DNA from: Dehalococcoidia bacterium
GTDB lineage: Bacteria; Chloroflexota; Dehalococcoidia; Lucifugimonadales; UBA2962
DNA: 64,000 nucleotides
Reading direction: 5' to 3'
Assembly: GCA_963664125.2 (NCBI GenBank)
Contig: OY760908.2
Location: 1,276,314-1,340,313 of the forward strand
The notes under the pieces were generated by a model. That model did not search any database and had not been told where the DNA came from. It saw only the letters and a list, made by a program, of their open reading frames with translations. Of the stretch, positions 44,570 to 54,341 are shown piece after piece. Position 1 is the stretch's first letter. Each line of letters opens with the position of its first letter. The position numbers were made by a program, and so were the translations under genes.

Positions 44570-44923
44570 ATGGGCCTCGAGAGCATGCTCCTGGTCGGGG
44601 CGATCATCTTCTTCATCGGGCTGTTCGGCGCGCTGACCAAGCGCAACGCCATAGTGGTGCTGATGTGCCTCGAGCTGATGTTCAACGCGGTGAACATCAC
44701 CGCCGTCGCCATCTCGCGCTACGTTCTTCCCCGCGCGGTTGCCGCCGAGCCCTCCGGCGTGCTCGAGGACGCCGCCAGGCTCGTGCTGACCGGCCAGGTC
44801 TTCTCCGTGTTCATCATCACCGTCGCGGCCGCGGAGGTGGCCCTGGGGCTGGCGATAGTGATCGCGCTGTTCAGGAACCGCGAGACGGTGTTCGTCTCCG
44901 ACGCGAACGAGCTGAAGCACTAG
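44570..44923 (+). CDS. nuoK: NADH-quinone oxidoreductase subunit K (about 15-20 aa longer than usual)
   Basis: 117 aa: ...GALTKRNAIVVLMCLELMFNAVNI...AAAEVALGLAIVIALFR. Confidence 0.9.
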   Translation: MGLESMLLVGAIIFFIGLFGALTKRNAIVVLMCLELMFNAVNITAVAISRYVLPRAVAAEPSGVLEDAARLVLTGQVFSVFIITVAAAEVALGLAIVIALFRNRETVFVSDANELKH

Positions 44924-44925
44924 AC

Positions 44926-45120
44926 GTGTTCACCGACTACCGCCGCGCGCCCAATCTGATGGCCGCCGAGATGTGGAAGGCGGCACTCGAGGCCGAGGGG
45001 CTGCCCACGAAGATCCTGCCCGAGGGCGACATCCTCGAGTGGGGCGAGCGCGTCCCCTTCAGGGTGATGGTCCCCAAGGGCCGCGAGCACGTGGCCGACG
45101 AGATCCTCAGGAAGCTGTAG
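44926..45120 (+). CDS. DUF2007-like small protein (putative signal-transducing fold) between nuoK and nuoL
   Basis: Own translation from GTG 44926: VFTDYRRAPNLMAAEMWKAALEAEGLPTKILPEGDILEWGERVPFRVMVPKGREHVADEILRKL. It starts 2 nt after the nuoK stop and is directly followed by the nuoL ATG. Confidence 0.55.
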   Translation: MFTDYRRAPNLMAAEMWKAALEAEGLPTKILPEGDILEWGERVPFRVMVPKGREHVADEILRKL

Positions 45121-47115
45121 ATGATCGGCGAGCTTGCCGTCTGGTTCATATTCCTGCTGCCGCTGGCCTCGTTCCTGGTCATCGCCCTCGTCGTCCGCCC
45201 GCTGCTGGGCCGCGACGCCGCGGCGGCCGGGCCGATCACCATCGCGGCCATCGCCGGCTCCCTGGGCCTGGCCGTATGGGCGCTGGCGAGCGTCGCGGTC
45301 AACCACGGCGCGGTCGAGTTCGCCCCGCACACCTGGCTGACCGTCGGCAACCTGGACATAAACGTCGGCATAGTGCTCGACGGCCTGACGGCGGTCATGC
45401 TGCTCGTGGTCACGTCCGTGAGCCTGCTGGTCCAGGTCTACTCGACGGCGTACATGAGGGGCGACGGCGGCTACGCGCGCTACTTCGCCTACATGTCGCT
45501 GTTCACCGCCTCGATGGTGGGCCTGGTGATGTCCTCGAGCGTCGTGCAGATGTTCGTGTTCTGGGAGCTGGTGGGGGCGTGCTCGTACCTGCTGATCGGC
45601 TTCTGGTTCCACAGGCCGGCCGCCGCCGCCGCGGCCAAGAAGGCCTTCATAGTCACCCGCATCGGCGACTTCGGCTTCCTGCTGGCCATCCTCTACCTGT
45701 TCTTCAACGCCGACTCCTTCCTGGCCAAGGGCCTCAACCCGCTGGACGTTACGGACATCCACGCCGCGGTGGCCGTCGGCGGCGTTCTGACCAGCGCCGT
45801 GGCCGGCTGGATAGCGGGAGGGATCTTCGCCGGGGCGGTCGGCAAGTCCGGGCAGGTGCCGCTTCACACCTGGCTGCCGGACGCGATGGAGGGCCCGACG
45901 CCGGTCAGCGCGCTGATCCACGCCGCCACGATGGTCGCGGCCGGCGTCTTCCTGGTCGCGCGCTTCTTCCCGGTCTTCGAGGCCTCCGAGGAGGCCATGC
46001 GCGCCGTCGCGATCACCGGCGGCGTCACCGCCATATTCGCCGCCAGCATCGGCCTCGTGCAAAACGACATAAAGCGCGTACTGGCGTACTCGACCGTCAG
46101 CCAGCTCGGCTACATGATGATGGCCCTCGGCGTGGGCGCCTACGGCCCCGCGATCTTCCACCTGTTCACGCACGCCTTCTTCAAGGCGCTGCTGTTCCTG
46201 GGCGCGGGCAGCGTGAGCCACGCCGCCGGAGGTACCTTCGACATGCGCTACATGGGCGGTCTGCGCAGGAGGATGCCGTGGACGTGGGCGGCGTTCCTGA
46301 TCGGCGCGCTGAGCCTGGCCGGCATAGCGCCCATGGCCGGCTTCTGGAGCAAGGATGAGATCCTCGGCTACGCGCTCGCCGGCGGGTCGTGGGACTCCGT
46401 GCTGGTCTTCTCGCTCGGCGCCGTGGCGGCATTCATGACAGCCTTCTACATCTTCCGGGCGATGTTCATGACCTTCGAGGGCGAGTACCGCGGCGGGGCG
46501 CAGGCCGACCCGGCGGCAGAGGCGCACGGGGACGCCGCGCCGCACGAGTCGCCCCCGGTCATGGTCGGCCCCCTGGTCGTGCTGGGGATCGCGACCCTGG
46601 TGGTCGGGTGGCTGGCGAACCCGCTGACGAACCTGGGCGCGGTGCCCATCCACTGGCTGGCAGAGTTCGTCGCCATGGGCCCGCCGCACGAGCTGCTCTC
46701 CTACGGCCACGCCGAGGTCAAGGGCTTCAACCGCGTCCTGGCCGTGGCGACCAGCCTGGTCGCCGTGGCCGGCATCGCCCTGGCCTACCTGATGTACGGC
46801 AGGGGCGGGATCGCCGTGCCGTCGGCGGCGCGGCGCCTGGCCGCGCCCGCGCACCGGGTGCTCTCGGCCAAGTACTACGTGGACGAGCTCTACGAGGACG
46901 TGATCACGCGCGGGGCCTTCTACGGCCGGCTGGCCGTGGCGCTGGACTGGCTGGACAAGAACCTGGTGGACGGCATCGTAAGGACCGCCGACCGCCTGGG
47001 CCGGAACGTGGGCCGGCCGATGGCGCAGATCCAGTCCGGGCAGCTGCAGGGCTACGGGGCGGTAGTATCCGTCGGGGTCCTGGTGACGCTCGGGGTCTAC
47101 CTGCTGGTCAGGTGA
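45121..47115 (+). CDS. nuoL: NADH-quinone oxidoreductase subunit L
   Basis: 664 aa with the antiporter-like pattern WELVGACSYLLIGFW...GKSGQVPLHTWLPDAMEGPTPVSALIHAATMV. Confidence 0.95.
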   Translation: MIGELAVWFIFLLPLASFLVIALVVRPLLGRDAAAAGPITIAAIAGSLGLAVWALASVAVNHGAVEFAPHTWLTVGNLDINVGIVLDGLTAVMLLVVTSVSLLVQVYSTAYMRGDGGYARYFAYMSLFTASMVGLVMSSSVVQMFVFWELVGACSYLLIGFWFHRPAAAAAAKKAFIVTRIGDFGFLLAILYLFFNADSFLAKGLNPLDVTDIHAAVAVGGVLTSAVAGWIAGGIFAGAVGKSGQVPLHTWLPDAMEGPTPVSALIHAATMVAAGVFLVARFFPVFEASEEAMRAVAITGGVTAIFAASIGLVQNDIKRVLAYSTVSQLGYMMMALGVGAYGPAIFHLFTHAFFKALLFLGAGSVSHAAGGTFDMRYMGGLRRRMPWTWAAFLIGALSLAGIAPMAGFWSKDEILGYALAGGSWDSVLVFSLGAVAAFMTAFYIFRAMFMTFEGEYRGGAQADPAAEAHGDAAPHESPPVMVGPLVVLGIATLVVGWLANPLTNLGAVPIHWLAEFVAMGPPHELLSYGHAEVKGFNRVLAVATSLVAVAGIALAYLMYGRGGIAVPSAARRLAAPAHRVLSAKYYVDELYEDVITRGAFYGRLAVALDWLDKNLVDGIVRTADRLGRNVGRPMAQIQSGQLQGYGAVVSVGVLVTLGVYLLVR

Positions 47116-47119
47116 TGAC

Positions 47120-48640
47120 GTGGAAGGCGTAGGCGGACTGCTAACGACGCTGGTGTTCCTGCCGCTGGCCGCGGCGGTGGGCATAGCGCTGCTCGCGCGC
47201 ACCGACCGGCAGGTGCGCCTGGCCGCGGGCGCGGCCGCGCTCGCCCAGCTGGTGCTCAGCATCGTCGTCTTCGCCTCGTACGACCGCGCCGAGGGCGGCG
47301 TGCAGCTGGTCGACAGGGTGTCGGACTGGGTGCCCATCGCCTCGTTCAACGTCGAGTACTACCTGGGCGTGGACGGGCTCAGCGCTCCCATGGTGCTGCT
47401 GACCGGGCTGCTCGGCATGGCCGCCGTGTACGCCTCCTGGGGCATATCGCACCGGGTCAAGGAGTACTTCGTGTGGCTCCTGATCCTGCAGACAGCGGTG
47501 CTCGGGGTCTTCACGGCCCTCGACTTCCTGCTGTTCTTCCTGTTCTGGGAACTCGAGCTGGTGCCGATGTTCCTCCTGATCTCGACGTGGGGGAGCGGGC
47601 GCAGGGAGTACTCGGCGATGAAGTTCCTGATCTTCACCTTCATCGCCAGCGCCTTCATGCTGGTCGGGATCCTCGCCCTGTTCGTGTCGTTCGGCACCTT
47701 CGACATGACGGCCCTGCCGGGGCTGATCGCGGGCGGGGCGAAGCTGGCGCTGCCGGTCGGGGCGATCTTCGGGATGCTGTTCGTCGGGTTCGCGGTCAAG
47801 CTCCCGGTCTGGCCGGTCCACACCTGGCTACCGGACGCCCACACGGACGCGCCGACCGCCGTGAGCGTGATGCTGGCCGGGGTGCTGCTGAAGATGGGCG
47901 GCTACGGGATGATCCGCGTATCGGCCGCGATGATGCCCGAGACGATGGCGGACCTGTCCTGGCTGCTGGCCACGGCGGGCGTGATCAACGTCCTGTACGG
48001 CGCCGTGGTCACGCTGCGCCAGACCGACATGAAGCGGCTGGTGGCGTTCAGCTCCATCAGCCACATGGGCTACGTGCTCATCGGCCTGTCGGCGATCGCC
48101 GCCGCCTCGGCCGAGCGCGGCGCGGTCGGGCTGACCGGCGCCGCGATGCAGATGTTCACGCACGGGACGATCACCGGGCTGATGTTCCTGATGGTCGGTC
48201 TCGTCTACGACCGGGCCCACACCCGCTACATCCCGGACCTCGGGGGGATGGCGTCGACCATGCCGCTGATCGCGGTGGGATTCCTGGTGGCGGGCTTCGC
48301 GTCCCTGGGCCTGCCCGGAACGAGCGGGTTCGCCGCGGAGATACTCGTGTTCCTCGGCGCGTTCCCGGTCTGGGGCTGGGCCACGGCTCTCGCGGTGTTC
48401 GGCGTCGTGATCACCGCCGGGTACATCCTGTGGATGATCCAGCGGACGATGTTCGGCCCGCGCATCGAGCGCTGGGCATCGCTCCCGGACGCGAGCCGCG
48501 CGGACCTGGTGCCCGTGGCCCTGCTGGTCATCCCCATCTTCGTCTTCGGCATCTACCCGGCCTTCATATCGGACGTGTTCGCGGTCGGCGTCGAGCCGAT
48601 TGTGCAGGGCCTCGGCGGCCCGGAAATGGCGTCCAGGTAG
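47120..48640 (+). CDS. nuoM: NADH-quinone oxidoreductase subunit M
   Basis: 506 aa: ...FAVKLPVWPVHTWLPDAHTDAPTAVSVMLAGVLLKMGGYG. Confidence 0.94.
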   Translation: MEGVGGLLTTLVFLPLAAAVGIALLARTDRQVRLAAGAAALAQLVLSIVVFASYDRAEGGVQLVDRVSDWVPIASFNVEYYLGVDGLSAPMVLLTGLLGMAAVYASWGISHRVKEYFVWLLILQTAVLGVFTALDFLLFFLFWELELVPMFLLISTWGSGRREYSAMKFLIFTFIASAFMLVGILALFVSFGTFDMTALPGLIAGGAKLALPVGAIFGMLFVGFAVKLPVWPVHTWLPDAHTDAPTAVSVMLAGVLLKMGGYGMIRVSAAMMPETMADLSWLLATAGVINVLYGAVVTLRQTDMKRLVAFSSISHMGYVLIGLSAIAAASAERGAVGLTGAAMQMFTHGTITGLMFLMVGLVYDRAHTRYIPDLGGMASTMPLIAVGFLVAGFASLGLPGTSGFAAEILVFLGAFPVWGWATALAVFGVVITAGYILWMIQRTMFGPRIERWASLPDASRADLVPVALLVIPIFVFGIYPAFISDVFAVGVEPIVQGLGGPEMASR

Positions 48641-48691
48641 CGTGGTAACGGCAGTGCGGCGCCGCCAGCTGAGCGCCCCCGGAGCCCGGGC

Positions 48692-50188
48692 GTGACCGCG
48701 CACGACGTATACCTGATCTCTCCCGAGCTGGTGCTGGTCGGCGTTGCGCTCGCGATCCTGCTCGTCGACTTCGCGGCGCGCGGCCGCGGGGTCGCCCCGG
48801 CGCTGGCGCTCATAGGGCTGGCCGCATCGCTCGCGCTCACGGCCGCGCTGTGGGTCGACCTTAACTACGGCGACCCCGCGATGACCGGGCTCTTCGGCGC
48901 TCTCTCGGTCGACCGCTTCAGCCTGCTGTTCAAGTTCCTGCTGGCCGGCTCGCTGGCCGTCGTCGCGCTCATGTCCATCAGGTACGTGCGGCGCTACGAC
49001 ACCCTCAGGTCCGAGTACTACTCGCTGATCCTGATGTCCACGGCGGGCATGATGCTGCTCGGCTCGACCCTGGAGCTGATCACCATCTACATCGCCCTGG
49101 AGCTGACGGCGCTCCCCCTCGCGGCCCTCGCGGCGCTGGCCGGCAGCAGCCGGTCCACGGAGGCCGGCATGAAGTTCCTGATCCTCAGCGCCCTCAGCTC
49201 GGCGCTGCTGCTGTACGGCATGGTGTGGGTGTACGGGTTCGCGGGCAGCACCCACCTGCATGAGATCGGCGCCGCCGTCGCCGGCCGCGGCGCCGACGCG
49301 CTGGGCGGGCACGCGCTGACGCTCGGCATCGTGCTGATCGTCGCAGGTTTCGGCTTCAAGATCTCCAGCGTGCCGTTCCAGATGTGGGTGCCGGACGTGT
49401 ACGAGGGGGCGCCCACGCCGGTGACGGCGTTCCTGTCGGTGGCGAGCAAGGCGGCCGGCTTCGCGGTGATGCTGCGGGTCTTCTTCGTCGCATTCCCGGA
49501 CTCGGCGCTGAGCGTCGACTGGAGCGCGGTCTTCGCCGTGCTGGCCATCATGTCGATGACGCTGGGCAACTTCGTCGCGATAGCCCAGCGCGGGATGAAG
49601 CGGATGCTGGCCTACTCCACCATCGCCCACGCCGGCTACATCCTGGTCGGCCTCGCGGCGGTCTCCGCCAGGGGCTCCGGCGCCGGGGCCTGGGACGGTC
49701 CGACGGGCGTGGTCTTCTACCTGATCGGCTACGCCGCGACCAACCTGGCGGCCTTCGCCGCGGTGATAGCGATAGCGGACCGCGTGGGCAGCGACCGGAT
49801 CGGGGCCCTGGCCGGCATGGGCCGCCGGGCGCCGTGGCTCGCGGCCGCCCTGGCCTTCTCGCTGATATCCCTTACGGGCGTGCCCCCGACCGTCGGGTTC
49901 ATGGTCAAGCTCAACATATTCAGCGCGGCCGCCGGCAGCGGCCTGTCGTGGCTCGTGCTCGCGGGCGCGCTCAACAGCGTCGTGTCCGCCTACTACTACC
50001 TGCGCGTCGTCAAGGTCATGTACCTGTCCGAGCCCGAGGAGGAGACCCCCGTCACGGCCGGCGGGCCCCTGCACCTCGCCCTCGGCGTGACCGTCGCGGC
50101 GCTGCTGTTCTTCGGCCTCTACCCGACGCCGCTGATCCGGGTGGCCTCCTCGGCGGCCGAGGCGCTGGGCGTGGGCCCCCTGACGTGA
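48692..50188 (+). CDS. nuoN: NADH-quinone oxidoreductase subunit N
   Basis: 498 aa: ...GFKISSVPFQMWVPDVYEGAPTPVTAFLSVASKAAGF. Confidence 0.94.
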   Translation: MTAHDVYLISPELVLVGVALAILLVDFAARGRGVAPALALIGLAASLALTAALWVDLNYGDPAMTGLFGALSVDRFSLLFKFLLAGSLAVVALMSIRYVRRYDTLRSEYYSLILMSTAGMMLLGSTLELITIYIALELTALPLAALAALAGSSRSTEAGMKFLILSALSSALLLYGMVWVYGFAGSTHLHEIGAAVAGRGADALGGHALTLGIVLIVAGFGFKISSVPFQMWVPDVYEGAPTPVTAFLSVASKAAGFAVMLRVFFVAFPDSALSVDWSAVFAVLAIMSMTLGNFVAIAQRGMKRMLAYSTIAHAGYILVGLAAVSARGSGAGAWDGPTGVVFYLIGYAATNLAAFAAVIAIADRVGSDRIGALAGMGRRAPWLAAALAFSLISLTGVPPTVGFMVKLNIFSAAAGSGLSWLVLAGALNSVVSAYYYLRVVKVMYLSEPEEETPVTAGGPLHLALGVTVAALLFFGLYPTPLIRVASSAAEALGVGPLT

Positions 50189-50219
50189 TGCGGGCGCCGG
50201 GCGCCTTCATCTGGGCTCC

Positions 50220-51077
50220 ATGAGCGGCGGGGCAGGGCGCATCGGGTTCGTGTACAACGGGCAGGTGCCCAGGACCGAGGACGTCGTCGACTCCCTGATC
50301 GACTCCCTGGGCCTCGCGGACCGCTCCTGGAAGTCCCCGGCGGACGGCGTGTCCGTGCGCGGGGGCGAGCTCGCAGAGACCTCGCTGCTGGTGATCTCGG
50401 GAGGGGACGGCACCGTCCTGCGGGTGATGATGGCGGCCGCCAGGTTCGACCTTCCAATCCTCGGCGTGAACCTCGGCAAGGTGGGCTTCATGTCCGAGCT
50501 GGAGGTGGAGGACGCCGGGCGGGGGATCGCCGCCTACCTCGCCGGGGATGCGCCGGACGCGTGGATCGACGACAGGATGATGGTCAGGGCGGACGTCGCG
50601 CGGACCTCCGGGGACCCGGTCCCGGCCGCCGACGCGCTCAACGAGGTGGTGCTCAGCCGCGGGCAGACGGCCAAGCTACTGACCGTCGCGGCGAGCGTCG
50701 ACGGGGCGGCGCTCACCACGTACAGGGCCGACGGGGTGATGGTCTCGACGGCGACGGGGTCCACCGGCTACGCGATGGCGGCCGGCGGGCCGCTGATGAG
50801 CCCCCGCCTCGCCGAGATGCTGCTGCTGCCCGTGGCACCCCACATGTGCCTGGACAGGGGACTGGCCCTTCCCGGCGACTCTGTGGTCGAGCTCGGCATC
50901 GGGAACGAGGCCGACACGCTGCTGAGCGCCGACGGCTTTCCCGTCTCGCGCCTCGACCCCGGGGACGTGGTCACCATCCGCCGCAGCCCGCACCGCGCGC
51001 GCTTCGTCAGGCTCCGCCCCCCGCGCGACTTCTACGCCACCCTCACCCGCCGCCTGGGGATCGTTGACAGGTCCTGA
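50220..51077 (+). CDS. nadK: NAD+ kinase
   Basis: 285 aa with GGDGTVLR, ILGVNLGKVGFM and STATGSTGYAMAAGGP motifs. Confidence 0.92.
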   Translation: MSGGAGRIGFVYNGQVPRTEDVVDSLIDSLGLADRSWKSPADGVSVRGGELAETSLLVISGGDGTVLRVMMAAARFDLPILGVNLGKVGFMSELEVEDAGRGIAAYLAGDAPDAWIDDRMMVRADVARTSGDPVPAADALNEVVLSRGQTAKLLTVAASVDGAALTTYRADGVMVSTATGSTGYAMAAGGPLMSPRLAEMLLLPVAPHMCLDRGLALPGDSVVELGIGNEADTLLSADGFPVSRLDPGDVVTIRRSPHRARFVRLRPPRDFYATLTRRLGIVDRS

Positions 51078-51618
51078 ACCCGGGCGGCCGGTCCGCCGCG
51101 AGACCGTCTTCGAGGGCAGGATAGTCACGGTCAGCGTCGACTCCGTGCCGCTCGGGGACGGCACGGACGCGCGCATCGAGGTTGTCCGGCACCCGGACGC
51201 CGTCACCATCGTCCCGGTCGACGGCGTGGGCAGGGTGGTCATGGTCCGCCAGCACAGGCACGCTATAGGGGGGCCGCTGCTCGAGCTCCCCGCCGGCAAG
51301 ATCGACCGGGGCGAGCGTCCGGCCGAGGCGGCCCAGCGCGAGCTCAGGGAGGAGACCGGCCTCGCCGCGGCCGAGCTCAGGCCGCTGGGCGGCTTCTACT
51401 CCGCGCCGGGCTTCCTGACCGAGTACCTGCACCTGTTCCTCGCCGCCGGCCTCGCGCCGTCGCCCCTCGACCCCGACCCGCTGGAGGACCTGGAGGTCGT
51501 CCGCGTCCCGGCGGGCGAGGCCCTGGCGATGGTTGCGCGCGGCGAGCTGAGGGACGCCAAGACCATAGCGGGCCTCGCGATGGCGCTGGGCACGAGGGAG
51601 GCGCCCGCCGCCGTGTGA
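51064..51618 (+). CDS. Nudix hydrolase (ADP-ribose pyrophosphatase-like)
   Basis: 184 aa with the Nudix box GKIDRGERPAEAAQRELREETGL. Confidence 0.88.
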   Translation: MTGPEPGRPVRRETVFEGRIVTVSVDSVPLGDGTDARIEVVRHPDAVTIVPVDGVGRVVMVRQHRHAIGGPLLELPAGKIDRGERPAEAAQRELREETGLAAAELRPLGGFYSAPGFLTEYLHLFLAAGLAPSPLDPDPLEDLEVVRVPAGEALAMVARGELRDAKTIAGLAMALGTREAPAAV

Positions 51619-51631
51619 CTGGCGGGCGCGG

Positions 51632-52564
51632 TCAGCCGCGGGAGAGCTCGCCGACCAGCGCCGCCGTCCTGTCCCAGGCGGCCGCGTCGCCCAGGACTGT
51701 GACGAGCACCTCGCTCGCCCCCCAGGCGAAGATGTCATCGAGGCCGCGGGCCACCTCGTCGGCGCTTCCCCGCACCATCACCGCGTCGCAGAGCCCGTCC
51801 GTCCATCCCGTGCGGTCCGAGGCGGGGAATCCCGCCATGTCGAACATCCGCGAGTAGTTGAAGATCGATGGGAAGTAGGCCAGCTTCTCCCTGAGGGCGC
51901 TCCTGGCCTCGGCCGCGTCCTCGTTCAGGCAGACCGGCACGTGCACCAGCATCGCTGGGGTCTCCCGGCACGCGGCGCGGGCGCCCTCGGCGAGGGCCGG
52001 CATGGCCACGTCCCTGACGTACTCGAGGGGGCACACCCAGGTGATGGCCCCGTCGGCGACGCGCCCGCACAGCTCGAAGGAGCGGGGCCTGAGCGCCGAG
52101 GCGTGGACGGGGACGTCGATCCCGCCGGGCGCGCTGGCGCGGGCGGTGTAGTGGCGCCCCTCGAAGTCGACCTCGCCGCGCTGCAGCAGCTCCTTGAGGA
52201 TGATGACGTACTCCTCTAGGTGGCCCAGCGGCCGGTCGTAGGGCATGCCGAAGTCGTGCTCGACCGTCGCGGCGTGCGCGGGACCGACGCCCAGGGACAG
52301 GCGCCCCGGAGCCAGTTCCCAAACCGCGCGGGCCTGCTCTGCGAGCGTCAGCGGGTGGCGCGACCACGTGCGGACTATGGACGTCCCCAGCGTGATGCGC
52401 TCGGTGCTCATCGCCGCGGCGGCGTAGACGGTCATCACGTCGTTGGCGGGGGCCGAAATCATCCACGCGGCGGGCACGCCGGCGGCCTCCAGACGCTCGA
52501 CCGTGGATATGATTCCCCGCGGCGTAGTGTCCTCAACTACTACTCCGATGTTTCGCTCGGGCAT
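51632..52564 (-). CDS. LLM-class (luciferase-like) flavin/F420-dependent oxidoreductase
   Basis: 310 aa from ATG 52564 (MPERNIGVVV...). The pattern is typical of actinobacterial LLM/F420-dependent oxidoreductases. Confidence 0.8.
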   Translation of the reverse strand: MPERNIGVVVEDTTPRGIISTVERLEAAGVPAAWMISAPANDVMTVYAAAAMSTERITLGTSIVRTWSRHPLTLAEQARAVWELAPGRLSLGVGPAHAATVEHDFGMPYDRPLGHLEEYVIILKELLQRGEVDFEGRHYTARASAPGGIDVPVHASALRPRSFELCGRVADGAITWVCPLEYVRDVAMPALAEGARAACRETPAMLVHVPVCLNEDAAEARSALREKLAYFPSIFNYSRMFDMAGFPASDRTGWTDGLCDAVMVRGSADEVARGLDDIFAWGASEVLVTVLGDAAAWDRTAALVGELSRG

Positions 52565-52690
52565 CTTCGGCGCTCCTGAATGTGAATCCCCCGGCACCCC
52601 CTCCCCAGGCGGCTAGCGGATGCCGGGGCCATCGTACAGCGCCCGGGCGCGGCGCTCATCCCCCGCCGGGCTCCGTGCTATCTTGGGGGT

Positions 52691-53572
52691 ATGGAGGGTC
52701 CCATCGTCCGCGGCCGGCCGGCGCACAGCGCGCGCTACATGGTGGCGGCCTTTGCGGGGTGGCCCGACGCGGCGCAGGCGTCGACGAACGCTGTCCGCTT
52801 CCTGGCCAGGCTGACCGAGGCCACCGGGTACGCGGAGATCGACCCCGAGCCGTTCTTCGTGCTGACCGAGGTGCGTCCCCAGACCTTCGTCGACGAGTCG
52901 GGCAGGCGCGGGATGGCCTGGCCGACGAATGACTTCTCATACTCCGATCCGGGCCGCCGCGAGCCCCACCTCGTCCTGTTCGAGGGGACCGAGCCGAACC
53001 TGCGCTGGCGCTCCTACACGGACATGCTGCTCTCGGAGGCGGAGCGCTTCGGCGTGGAGGCGGTCGTGACGCTCGGTTCGCTTATGGACGCGGTGCCCCA
53101 CTCGCGGGAGACGAGGATCACGGGCGTGGCCACCACGGACGAGTACCTGGAGCGGCTGGGAGCGCTCGGCATCCTCGAGTCCGGGTACGAGGGGCCGGCG
53201 GGCATCCACACGGCCCTGATGGAGGAGTGCAGGGAGAGGGGCACCCCGTACCTGAGCCTGTGGGGCCACTCGCCGCACTACGTGTCGACCTCGCCGAACC
53301 CCAAGGCCACGCACGGGCTGCTGGCCGCTCTCAGGGACGTGCTCGACCCGGCGATGCTGCTGGACGAGGAGCTCAGCGAGCTCAGGGGGGCCGGGACCGT
53401 CTGGGAGGCGGAGGTCGACAGGGCCATCGCCGAAGAGAAGGATGTGTCCCGGTACGTCCGGATGCTGGAGAGCCGCTACGACTCGCAGGCGCCTGCTGCG
53501 CCGATGCCCAGCCCCAGGGCGATGGTGGCCGAGCTCGAGGACTTCCTGAGGGCCCAGCGCGGCGGGGACTGA
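52691..53572 (+). CDS. PAC2 (proteasome assembly chaperone 2) family protein
   Basis: 293 aa: ...MVAAFAGWPDAAQAS...GPAGIHTALMEEC..., the pattern of the actinobacterial PAC2 family. Confidence 0.75.
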   Translation: MEGPIVRGRPAHSARYMVAAFAGWPDAAQASTNAVRFLARLTEATGYAEIDPEPFFVLTEVRPQTFVDESGRRGMAWPTNDFSYSDPGRREPHLVLFEGTEPNLRWRSYTDMLLSEAERFGVEAVVTLGSLMDAVPHSRETRITGVATTDEYLERLGALGILESGYEGPAGIHTALMEECRERGTPYLSLWGHSPHYVSTSPNPKATHGLLAALRDVLDPAMLLDEELSELRGAGTVWEAEVDRAIAEEKDVSRYVRMLESRYDSQAPAAPMPSPRAMVAELEDFLRAQRGGD

Positions 53573-53595
53573 CCCCGGCGGTTCGGCCCGCCCGC

Positions 53596-53859
53596 CTACG
53601 CGGCCCTGTCGGCTATGGCCAGGAAGTAGCAGGGGATGTGCCATACGTCCGGGCGCCTTCGCCCGATGTCCACTATGGCCTTGCGCCCGCGCACCTCGCG
53701 GACCACCCCCCAGGTGCCGTACCTCGGGCCACCGCTGATCCGGCCGAGGTAGAGGACCTCCTGGCCTGGCTCGAACTCCCCCGGCCCGCTCTCGGGCGCG
53801 GTGGGGGACGCGAGTCCTGGCATCTGAGGCTGGTCGACTGACACGTTGCTGACCTCCAT
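53596..53859 (-). CDS. small hypothetical protein (87 aa), possible SH3/KOW-like beta domain
   Basis: From ATG 53859: MEVSNVSVDQPQMPG...GQEVLYLGRISGGPRYGTWGVVREVRGRKAIVDIG... I recognise no family. Confidence 0.45.
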   Translation of the reverse strand: MEVSNVSVDQPQMPGLASPTAPESGPGEFEPGQEVLYLGRISGGPRYGTWGVVREVRGRKAIVDIGRRRPDVWHIPCYFLAIADRAA

Positions 53860-54307
53860 TAGAACAAGTGTACCAACGAACGTATGATCTGGCAAGGGCG
53901 CCCGGGCGCGCGTAGCTGCTCACGTACGATTGGGGAATAGGCAAGGGGAGGGGTTCTGGGCGTCCAGCGCGGGAGGTCGGGAGGCGCGATGCGGAAAGGG
54001 TGGCCGCCGCGGTCGACCCAACAACGGCCCGGCCCGATGAGGGACGGCTGCAACACTGCGGACGAGGTCGCTTCGCGCACGTTCACCGCGACCTCGACGC
54101 AGGGACAACCCTTGTGGTTGCCCTGGGCAGCGGGGCCCGGGGCCGCACGCAGGTTGCCAAGGCCCGGTGGCCGCTGGCACCAACAGCTTCAACCTGGCCA
54201 ATCGGAGCCGGAACACGGCGTGCGTCTACTCCCCCTGAGCGACGCCCAGCATTCAACGCTGCTGGCCATGGCCAGGTTCAAGAGGACGCGGCCGCTATGA
54301 TGCCGTT

Positions 54308-54320
54308 ATAATATCATTAT
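54308..54320. promoter_or_regulatory. palindrome ATAAT-ATC-ATTAT overlapping a TATAAT -10 box upstream of vapB (candidate operator)
   Basis: Read from the sequence. TATAAT is at 54307-54312 and AGGAGG at 54336-54341. Confidence 0.4.
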
Positions 54321-54341
54321 GCTATTGCGCTTGAGCAGGAG

